Source of the DNA: Acidobacteriota bacterium
GTDB taxonomy: Bacteria; Acidobacteriota; Vicinamibacteria; Vicinamibacterales; UBA2999
Assembly (NCBI GenBank): GCA_003222635.1
Contig: QHWQ01000313.1
Location: forward strand, 873 to 64,872
Direction: 5' to 3'
DNA: 64,000 nucleotides
Shown here: positions 57,279 to 64,000 of the stretch, in pieces
Layout of the letters: the number at the start of each line of letters is the position of its first letter
How positions within the stretch are numbered: the first letter of the stretch is position 1
The notes under the pieces: model-generated
Seen by the model: the letters and a program-made list of their open reading frames with translations, nothing else
The model's database searches: none
What the model was told of the DNA's origin: nothing
Position numbers and translations under genes: made by a program

Positions 57279-58516
57279 CAGTGGACCTGCTGACACTCCT
57301 CGGTCCCGTTTCTCTCGAGGAGTTCTTCAATCGGTACTGGGAGAGCCGGCCGCTGGTGCTTCAGCTCGACAGGGCGGCGTTGTGCCAATCGCTCCTGCAG
57401 GTGCCGGACGTCGAGTTCCTGACGGCTTCGCTGGGGAGCCTCGACGCGAAATGGATTCGTCTCGTCAACAACCGGCCGGGCGGACCCATGAGGGAATTTC
57501 AGCGGCCCGGCCAGGGTGTGTCGATGGACCGCATCCTCGATGCGTATCGTGAAGGGACGACCGTCGTCCTCAACGATCTGCAGCGGCGATGGCCACCCAT
57601 CCGCGATCTAGCGAGCCGCCTGTGGCACGATTTCAACGACGCGGCGGAGCTGCCGCTGCGCGCGGTGGGCGTCAACGCCTACCTCTCACCGCCAAACGCC
57701 GAAGGACTGGCGGCCCATTTCGATTCGCACTGCGTCTTCATCCTCCAGATCAGCGGCCGCAAGACGTGGACGTTGTACGACGAGCGCGAAGAGCTGCCGT
57801 CACCGGACGGTCTCGATCCGTCGGCGTCGCGCGCCACGCGTGCCGATGCGCCGGGCACGCGCGTGCACGAGGTGACGCTTGCGTCCGGCGACTTCGTGTA
57901 CATCCCGCGCGGGCTGGTGCACAAGGCGCAGACGGCCGACAGCCACTCGCTGCACCTGGCGGTTGGCCTTTATCCCTGCACCTGGGGTGAGGTGCTGGCG
58001 GATGCGATCCGATCGGTCCCCGCGTGCCGCCGGTCGCTGCCGCGCGGCAGCCTGTCGGGGACGCACCTGTCTCCGGAGACACAGCGCGCGTTCGCCAGCG
58101 TGATGCAATCGGTCGTCGATCGGACGAGCGCGGCAACAGCAATCGGCCTGGCGCGCACCGAGATCGAACGGCTGCGCGAGCGCCTGCAATCCCGCGGGTT
58201 CGAGCGCTGCCACGCTGTCGAAGCGATCGACAGGCACACGCGCGTCGTCCGGCGCGGTGACGTCCGGCTCAGCCTGACGCGGCAGGGCGAAAAGGTCGTC
58301 ATGGAGATCGGCAGCGGCAACTCGTTTCAGGCACCCGCGGCGGCCGAGCCGGCGTTACGCTACATCGTCGAGAACAGATCCTTTACGCTGTCGTTCATGC
58401 CGGGAATGTTGAGCGAAGGGTCGAAGCGGGTGCTGGTGAAGCGGCTCCTGAAGGAGGGCGTCCTCGAGCTGGCGCCGACGGAGGAGACATGTCAGACCGT
58501 GGCGAGAACAATGTGA
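57275..58516 (+). CDS. JmjC/cupin-4 (ribosomal-oxygenase YcfD/ROX-like) Fe(II)/2OG oxygenase
   Basis: N-terminal LEEFFNRYWESRPLVL, NAYLSPPNAEGLAAHFDSHCVFILQISGRKTW (HxD), FVYIPRGLVHKAQTADSHSLHLAVG (distal His). C-terminal winged-helix-like tail. The start overlaps the upstream stop. Confidence 0.7.
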   Translation: MTVDLLTLLGPVSLEEFFNRYWESRPLVLQLDRAALCQSLLQVPDVEFLTASLGSLDAKWIRLVNNRPGGPMREFQRPGQGVSMDRILDAYREGTTVVLNDLQRRWPPIRDLASRLWHDFNDAAELPLRAVGVNAYLSPPNAEGLAAHFDSHCVFILQISGRKTWTLYDEREELPSPDGLDPSASRATRADAPGTRVHEVTLASGDFVYIPRGLVHKAQTADSHSLHLAVGLYPCTWGEVLADAIRSVPACRRSLPRGSLSGTHLSPETQRAFASVMQSVVDRTSAATAIGLARTEIERLRERLQSRGFERCHAVEAIDRHTRVVRRGDVRLSLTRQGEKVVMEIGSGNSFQAPAAAEPALRYIVENRSFTLSFMPGMLSEGSKRVLVKRLLKEGVLELAPTEETCQTVARTM

Positions 58517-58728
58517 TCGCAGTCCTGCTTCCGCTGGGACTGGCGATCTTCGGGTTCTGGATCTGGATGTTCGTTGACGCGTTGCGGAACAAGAGGTTGA
58601 CCCCACACGACCGGAAGTGGTGGGCGATCGTGCTCGTGGTGCTGCGACCGGTAGGAGCACTGCTCTATTACTTCAAGCAGTACCGCGGGCGACGGTTGTC
58701 CAATGTGAGCCGCCCGAAAACGTCGTAA
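58489..58728 (+). CDS. Small membrane protein with a PLD-nuclease N-terminal (PLDc_N) domain
   Basis: 79 aa with two helices: VIAVLLPLGLAIFGFWIWMFVDAL...KWWAIVLVVLRPVGALLYYF, matching the PLDc_N pattern. The ORF overlaps the end of the JmjC gene by 28 nt. Confidence 0.6.
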   Translation: MSDRGENNVIAVLLPLGLAIFGFWIWMFVDALRNKRLTPHDRKWWAIVLVVLRPVGALLYYFKQYRGRRLSNVSRPKTS

Positions 58729-58753
58729 CGCGAGCGGGCCTGCAGAGGGAACC

Positions 58754-59875
58754 ATGCGCTGGTCATTGGCCCACGTCCTCGACGCGGCCGCGCCGCACCT
58801 CGACGTGTGGCTCGCCGCTCCGCGGGAGCTGACGCGCGCCCGCTCGCTGCTCGCCTCGCTGCCCGCCGCGATCTCGGATTGGATCTACCTCGAGTTCCGG
58901 CTCTCTCCACGCGATGCCCGAATAGATGTCATTGTCCGAGTGGACGAGGCACACCGGCATCGACTCGCCTGCGGATCGCCGTGGCGGCGCGCCAACGCGT
59001 TTGCACGGATGTGGGCGGATCCTGAAGTGGGCTGGAATCGCGCGATCGAAAACCTCTGGCTCGAGTTCGATTTGGAGGGCGCCGCGAGTGACGAGTCTCC
59101 GCATCTGCACGAGCCGCGGTTCTTCGTCGACTTCACATCGTCGATTCGGAACGACCCATCACCCGACATTCGGTGGCGCGTGGCGTGCGATGCCATCGCG
59201 CCGTTATGTCCGGAGGCGCTGCCCTCTGAGGTCACGCAATCGCTGAGGCGCACGCTGCATGCGCTGCCATGCGGCGCGTCGCTGCTCTCGGTAGGACTGC
59301 CTCACGGTGCGGCGATGCCGGGCCTGCGTGTCTGCCTGACCGGTGTCGCGACGAGCGACCTCTCTTCATTCCTCCGCGCGGCCGGCTGGGCATGTGACGG
59401 CGGTGGCGTGTCGGAGGTCCTCCATCAGCTGTTCGACGCGCCGGGCGGAGCAGGCGTGATTGACCTCGTCGATCTCGATCTCACATCCGACGGTCGCGGC
59501 GCACTGAGCATCGAGCTCGGCTTCGCGCGCAAGCCGCAGCTGCGCGGCGCGATCGAGGAGCGGCACCTGCTCGAACGTCTCGCGGCATGTCATGCGATCG
59601 ATGCGGCGTCGATCGACGCGCTTGGCGCCTGGCCGGGGTATGAGAGGGCGCGCCTGGCGCACGTGTTCTGGCCGGCGCTCCTCGTTCGCCGGATCAACCA
59701 CGTCAAGCTGATGTTCGAGGACGGTCGCATCAGCGGCGTGAAGGCCTATCTGTGCGTGTTCCACCGCTTCAGCCGGCCGATAGCGCCACGCCTCTATTCG
59801 ATAGATCGTGCGCTCGATTGCGAAGTCGATCGCTTCCTCCCTGACAGTGGAACCGCGCCCGCGCCGCTCGCGTAA
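58754..59875 (+). CDS. Hypothetical protein, no recognisable motif (cluster-specific)
   Basis: 373-aa ORF with consistent GC-rich third codon positions. No cofactor or nucleotide-binding motif seen. Repeated short beta-strand-like segments (IYLEFRL, IDVIVRV, LWLEFDL, FFVDF, LRVCLTG, LSIELGF, VKLMFE, VKAYLCVF). Confidence 0.6.
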   Translation: MRWSLAHVLDAAAPHLDVWLAAPRELTRARSLLASLPAAISDWIYLEFRLSPRDARIDVIVRVDEAHRHRLACGSPWRRANAFARMWADPEVGWNRAIENLWLEFDLEGAASDESPHLHEPRFFVDFTSSIRNDPSPDIRWRVACDAIAPLCPEALPSEVTQSLRRTLHALPCGASLLSVGLPHGAAMPGLRVCLTGVATSDLSSFLRAAGWACDGGGVSEVLHQLFDAPGGAGVIDLVDLDLTSDGRGALSIELGFARKPQLRGAIEERHLLERLAACHAIDAASIDALGAWPGYERARLAHVFWPALLVRRINHVKLMFEDGRISGVKAYLCVFHRFSRPIAPRLYSIDRALDCEVDRFLPDSGTAPAPLA

Positions 59876-59932
59876 TCGCGCGCACCCGCGTGGCAACAGG
59901 CTTGCTCCCGAAGGGCGCGAACTGTTCGCGAG

Positions 59933-60235
59933 ATGTGCGTGCCCAATGACCAACAAGATCAGTTGCTGAAGGCCGTCCTGAAACGGGCCACGGTCGACCG
60001 GCCCTTTCGTCAGGGGCTGCTGACGAATCCGCACACCGCCATCGAGCAGGCGTTCGGGATCACGGTGCCCGCCGAGTATCGCGTGCGTTTCGTCGAACGC
60101 GATGCCGACGTTGACGCGCTGATCGTGTTGCCCGGCTTCGACGCCCATGCCGCCGAACTGCAGAACGACGAACTATCGGACGACGAGCTCGAGCACGTGG
60201 CGGGCGGCAAGCACGCCCACAGGTGGGGTGACTAA
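59933..60235 (+). CDS. NHLP RiPP precursor A3 (same leader class as A1)
   Basis: Leader DQLLKAVLKRATVDRPFRQGLLTNPHTAIEQAFGITVPAEYRVRFVERDADVDALIVLP. Double-Gly ...DDELEHVAGG, then the 8-aa core KHAHRWGD. Confidence 0.8.
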   Translation: MCVPNDQQDQLLKAVLKRATVDRPFRQGLLTNPHTAIEQAFGITVPAEYRVRFVERDADVDALIVLPGFDAHAAELQNDELSDDELEHVAGGKHAHRWGD

Positions 60236-60256
60236 CGAGGCGGCTGCCTCGGGGAG

Positions 60257-61780
60257 ATGCCGATGACGACCGATGCGCTTCCGCTCCCGGCGGCATTCGA
60301 GCTTCAGCGCACGCGTGACGCTGATGATGCCCCGGAACTGACAGAGGACGACCTCGCGTGTGTCGTTGGCGGACTGGCGCGGGCCTGGTCGGCACCGCCG
60401 GATGAACACCGCGCGTCCGACCATGAGAGTCCAACGTATCAAGGCGTCCTCGTCGCCGCCGGTGAACCTTTCGATCCGCGCTTCAGCACCTCGGTCGGCG
60501 GATCGCGCGAGACCCAGTTCACGGGCGCGACGCCGGCCGGACGCACCGATGCGGTGGCCTACGGCGCCGGCGGCAGCTGGCGATTGCGCTCGGGCTTCCA
60601 GCTCCAACCGGAATTCAGCATGACCGGCGCCAGCTTGCTGACCGCCTCGCGACTCGCGCTCGGACAGTCGTCGATGAAGCTTGGCCTGCTGATTCCGTTG
60701 CAGAACGATCGCGGCGGCATCGTCACGGCGGGCCCGGAGCGCGCGGCACGCTACGAGGTGGACGCCAGCCGCTCGCGGCTGCGGCAGGCGATCACCGACG
60801 CGGCCTATTCCACGGCGGCGGCCTATTGGGATTACGTGGCAACACTCCAGCGCCAGGCGATCTACGCCGCATCAGAAGCACGCGCCGCGCGTCTGGTCGA
60901 TGAAACGCGTGTGCTCGTGCAGGCGGACGAGCGGACGGCCGCCGACCTCACGCAGCTGCTCGGCAACCTCGCCGCCAAGCGCGCCATCCGGCTCGGCGCC
61001 GATCTCGCGGTGACGCAGGGATGGGAACGCCTCGTCCTGGCGATGGGCGTAGAAGCGACGACAGTGCAGCGAGCGGCCGTGCCCGCAACGCCGTTTCCCC
61101 CCGTCGTTGCGGCGTGGACGCCGCCGCCGCTGGCCGCATTGATCGGTGACGCGAGGCTTCGCCGCGCCGATCTGACAGCGGCGACGCAGCAGGTCGAGGC
61201 GTCACGCGTGCTGGTCGACGCGGCGCGCAACAATCTGCAGGACTGGCTCGACCTGGTGCTGACGGGCGGCTACAAAGGGTGGCAGCTCGGCGGCGGGGCC
61301 GATCGGTTCTTCACACCGCTGTTCCGCGAGATCCCGGGCGTCGATGCGTCGGTCCAGATCCGCTACGAGTTTCTCGCGAGCAATGCTGGCAACCGCGGCC
61401 GCCTGCTGCAGCAGTCGGCGATCGACGACACACGCCATCTCGCGCTCGCCGACCTCGAACGCCACGTGGCAGCCGAAGTCGTGGTGGCCGTTGAGGTGCT
61501 GCGGCGCAGCACTGACTCCCTGGCCGCGTCTCAGGAGGCGGGGCGGCTCTTCGACGAGGGCGTACAGAACGAGGAACGCAAGTTTCGCCTCGGCCTGTCC
61601 ACGCTGTTCGACGTGATTCAGGCCGCAGACGGGCTCACCAACGCGCGGCTGACCGAAACGGCCGCGCAGCGCGACTATGCAGTGGCGATCGCCACGCTGC
61701 GGTATCAGTCCGGGACGCTGCTGCGCTTCGACGAGGAGCGTCCAGTGATCGACGCGGCCAACCTGCTCACGCCTCCCTGA
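60257..61780 (+). CDS. TolC-family outer-membrane efflux protein with an atypical N-terminus
   Basis: The C-terminal 350 aa or so has TolC-like coiled helices (AAYSTAAAYWDYVATLQRQAIYAASEARAARL..., RRADLTAATQQVEASRVLVDAARNN, FRLGLSTLFDVIQAADGLTNARLTETAAQRDYAVAIATLRYQSGTL). The first 60 aa or so lack a signal peptide and instead resemble a double-Gly leader. Confidence 0.7.
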   Translation: MPMTTDALPLPAAFELQRTRDADDAPELTEDDLACVVGGLARAWSAPPDEHRASDHESPTYQGVLVAAGEPFDPRFSTSVGGSRETQFTGATPAGRTDAVAYGAGGSWRLRSGFQLQPEFSMTGASLLTASRLALGQSSMKLGLLIPLQNDRGGIVTAGPERAARYEVDASRSRLRQAITDAAYSTAAAYWDYVATLQRQAIYAASEARAARLVDETRVLVQADERTAADLTQLLGNLAAKRAIRLGADLAVTQGWERLVLAMGVEATTVQRAAVPATPFPPVVAAWTPPPLAALIGDARLRRADLTAATQQVEASRVLVDAARNNLQDWLDLVLTGGYKGWQLGGGADRFFTPLFREIPGVDASVQIRYEFLASNAGNRGRLLQQSAIDDTRHLALADLERHVAAEVVVAVEVLRRSTDSLAASQEAGRLFDEGVQNEERKFRLGLSTLFDVIQAADGLTNARLTETAAQRDYAVAIATLRYQSGTLLRFDEERPVIDAANLLTPP

Positions 61781-61789
61781 CCCACAGCC

Positions 61790-63052
61790 ATGCCCTCGAA
61801 CGCGATCTTCAGAAAAGTTGCACTCGATCGTCTGGCCTCGCCCGAGCAGCTCGATCAGTTGATGCAGGTCACCGACCCGCGAGGATGGATCGCGCTGGTC
61901 GGCCTCAGCTTCGTGGTCGCGACGGCGGTCGCCTGGGGCGTGCTGGGCAGCGTGCATCAGAACGTCCATGGAGCGGGCATCCTGGTGCGCAGCGGCGGCG
62001 TTTTCGAAGTGGTCCCGCTCGCCGGAGGACGTGTCATCGACGTCTCGGTCGCCCCCGGCGCCGTCGTGAACGCGGGACAGGTCGTCGCGCGGTTGGACCA
62101 GCCCGACTTGCTCGAAGGCCTCGCGCGCGCGAAAGCCACGCTCGCGGCCCTGCGCGACGAGCACCAGCAGACGATTGAGTACGGCGACAAGGACATCGTG
62201 CTGCAGACCAGCTACCTGAAGGAGCAGCGCACGACGATCGAACATGCCATTGCGGCCGCCGAGCGGAACATGGCGTGGTACCAGGAAAAGATCGCCTCGC
62301 AGCAAGGGCTCGTCACGGACGGCCTGCTGCTGAAGCAGGCCCTGCTCACCACTCAGCAGCAGTACGACGCTGCGAACGAACGCCTGGCGGACGCGCGCAG
62401 CCAGCTCGCGCAGCTGGAAGTGCGCGAACTGGAGCTGCACAACAAGAAGGACGAGGCCATCGAGGACAGTGAGCTGAAGCTCGAAGAACACGAGCGCGCG
62501 CTGTCGGAGCTCGAACGCGAGCTCAAGGCGAAAAGCGAAGTCGTCGCTCCGCAGGGAGGACGCATCCTCGAGGTGATGACCGAAACGGGCGCCGTCGTCG
62601 CCGCCGGTCAGCCGGTGCTTTCGCTCGATCTGACGGGGCGCACTGTCAAGGACCTGGAAGCGGTGATGTACGTGCCCTCGATCCAGGGCAAACAGATTCG
62701 GGTCGGCATGCCGATGCTGGTCGCCCCGGCGACGGTGAAGCAGGAGGAATTCGGGATGATGCTCGGCCGCGTCACCTACGTCTCGGATTTCCCGGCGACG
62801 ATGAAAGGCATGCAGCGCATGTTGAAGAACGAGCGCCTCGTCGCCGGACTCGCGGGCAGCGACGCACCGTACGAAGTGCACGCGGACCTCGTCCTCGATC
62901 CCGCCACCGTGAGCCGCTACCGGTGGACCTCGTCGCAAGGGCCGCCTACGAAGATCGAGAGTGGCACCCTCGCGGCCGCGAGTATCACGGTCACGACGCG
63001 CCGCCCGATCGAGCTGGTGATTCCGTTGATTCGCGAGTACCTGGGACTGTAG
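61790..63052 (+). CDS. NHLM bacteriocin-system secretion protein (HlyD-family periplasmic adaptor, TIGR03794-like)
   Basis: FRKVALDRLASPEQLDQLMQVTDPRGWIALVGLSFVVATAVAWGVLGSV, followed by lipoyl-like and long coiled-coil segments. This is the typical N-terminus of this family. Confidence 0.85.
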   Translation: MPSNAIFRKVALDRLASPEQLDQLMQVTDPRGWIALVGLSFVVATAVAWGVLGSVHQNVHGAGILVRSGGVFEVVPLAGGRVIDVSVAPGAVVNAGQVVARLDQPDLLEGLARAKATLAALRDEHQQTIEYGDKDIVLQTSYLKEQRTTIEHAIAAAERNMAWYQEKIASQQGLVTDGLLLKQALLTTQQQYDAANERLADARSQLAQLEVRELELHNKKDEAIEDSELKLEEHERALSELERELKAKSEVVAPQGGRILEVMTETGAVVAAGQPVLSLDLTGRTVKDLEAVMYVPSIQGKQIRVGMPMLVAPATVKQEEFGMMLGRVTYVSDFPATMKGMQRMLKNERLVAGLAGSDAPYEVHADLVLDPATVSRYRWTSSQGPPTKIESGTLAAASITVTTRRPIELVIPLIREYLGL

Positions 63053-63068
63053 GCGACGGGACCTGCCC

Positions 63069-64000
63069 ATGACGACCGCTGCGGACACGACCGGCCGCTT
63101 CGCGACATTCTTCACGACTCCTCTCCATCTGTCGCGCTTCGTGGCGCGGCGCGGCCGCGCGACGAAGCGGGTGAAAACACCCACCGTGCTGCAGATGGAG
63201 GCCGTCGAGTGCGGCGCCGCGGCGCTGGCGATGGTCCTCGCCTACTTCGGCCGCTTCGTGCCACTGGAGGAGCTGCGCGTCGAATGCGGCGTGTCGCGTG
63301 ACGGCAGCAAGGCCAGCAACGTCCTGAAGGCTGCGCGCGCCTACGGTCTCGACGCCAAAGGGTTCAGGAAAGAGCCCGCGCAGCTGAGGACCCTTCCGGT
63401 GCCGATGATCCTGCACTGGAATTTCAACCACTTCGTCGTGTTCGAAGGCTTCCGTCGCGGCGGCGCCTACATCAACGACCCCGCGGCCGGCGCCATGCGC
63501 ATCTCCGAGGACGAGCTCGATCAGGCCTTCACCGGCGTCGCGCTGGTGTTCCAGCGCAGCGCCGCGTTCGTGCGAGGCGGGGAGCGGGCGAGCCTGTTGA
63601 GAGCGCTGCGCCGCCGCCTTGTCGGTTCGGGCGCGGCGCTGGCGTTCGTCGTCACGGCCGGGTTCGCCCTGCTGGTCCCTGGACTGGTGGCGCCGGCATT
63701 CAACAAGGTGTTCGTCGACGAGGTCCTCATCAAGGGACTGGCGACGTGGATCAAGCCGTTGCTGTGGCTGATGGGCGCCGGCGCGCTGGTCACCGCGGCG
63801 CTCACCTGGCTGCAGCAGACCTACCTGCTGCGGCTCGAAAGCACGATGTCGCTGACGATGTCGAGCCGTTTTCTCTGGCACGTGCTGCGGCTGCCCGTCG
63901 ACTTCTTCGCCCAGCGGTTCGCGGGAGACATCAGCTATCGCGTGGGCATCAACGACCGGGTCGCACGGCTGCTGTCGGGCGACCTTGCGACGACGGCGCT
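63069..64000 (+). CDS. NHLM-type bacteriocin export ABC transporter with an N-terminal C39 peptidase domain (partial, runs off the window)
   Basis: Absent from the ORF track because it is open-ended. My translation from ATG 63069 gives ...KTPTVLQMEAVECGAAALAMVLAYFGRFVPLEELRVECGVSRDGSKASNVLKAARAYGLDAKGF...HWNFNHFVVFEGF...INDPAAG, which is a C39 Cys/His peptidase, followed by transmembrane helices. Confidence 0.85.
   Translation, partial: MTTAADTTGRFATFFTTPLHLSRFVARRGRATKRVKTPTVLQMEAVECGAAALAMVLAYFGRFVPLEELRVECGVSRDGSKASNVLKAARAYGLDAKGFRKEPAQLRTLPVPMILHWNFNHFVVFEGFRRGGAYINDPAAGAMRISEDELDQAFTGVALVFQRSAAFVRGGERASLLRALRRRLVGSGAALAFVVTAGFALLVPGLVAPAFNKVFVDEVLIKGLATWIKPLLWLMGAGALVTAALTWLQQTYLLRLESTMSLTMSSRFLWHVLRLPVDFFAQRFAGDISYRVGINDRVARLLSGDLATTA

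Noticed and set aside
1-64000. Mobile elements, prophage, CRISPR arrays, tRNA/rRNA genes
   Set aside because: I recognised no transposase, integrase or phage structural signatures, no regularly spaced direct repeats with unique spacers, and no tRNA-like cloverleaf regions in the few intergenic spaces (all under 300 nt).

Overview
GC-rich bacterial chromosomal window. The gene content (CarboxypepD_reg-type TonB receptors, TAT-exported enzymes, giant Ig-repeat surface proteins) suggests an Acidobacteriota-like origin, by inference only. I saw no rRNA, tRNA, CRISPR array, transposase or integrase. Layout: (i) 1-3.9 kb holds a tandem array of four secreted paralogs of an uncharacterised family, with a fifth copy at 21.2 kb coupled to a penicillin-acylase-family gene. 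(ii) 4.2-9.0 kb is a PaoABC-like, TAT-exported molybdo-hydroxylase operon with a membrane cytochrome b gene inserted in it. (iii) 9-16 kb has two TonB-dependent receptors flanking a tetrahaem cytochrome c. (iv) 16-23 kb carries an amidohydrolase, a patatin, an Ntn acylase and a broken MBL hydrolase. (v) 23.8-29.2 kb is a radical-SAM/Cys-rich protein neighbourhood with a fused pair of GT-A transferases, a flavoprotein disulfide reductase, a fatty-acid-hydroxylase-type membrane protein and a metallophosphoesterase. (vi) 29.2-37.8 kb is an 8.5 kb cyclic beta-1,2-glucan synthase gene. (vii) 37.8-49.4 kb is a long minus-strand operon of giant surface proteins, a tandem DsbA and a di-haem peroxidase-like gene. 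(viii) 49.5 to >64 kb is the most interesting locus, a proteusin/NHLP-type RiPP cluster. It has three precursor genes with very short Trp-containing cores, two cobalamin-type radical SAM paralogs, a third radical SAM enzyme, two cupin/JmjC oxygenases, an unrecognisable 373-aa protein, and TolC/HlyD/C39-ABC export genes running off the window. Two other patterns stand out. Four (possibly five) otherwise recognisable genes carry internal frame-breaking lesions, and three of these remove a stretch where a conserved cofactor motif is expected. Two intergenic palindromes are built from short tandem repeats. Many long ORFs in the track are antisense shadow ORFs typical of high-GC DNA and were not called.
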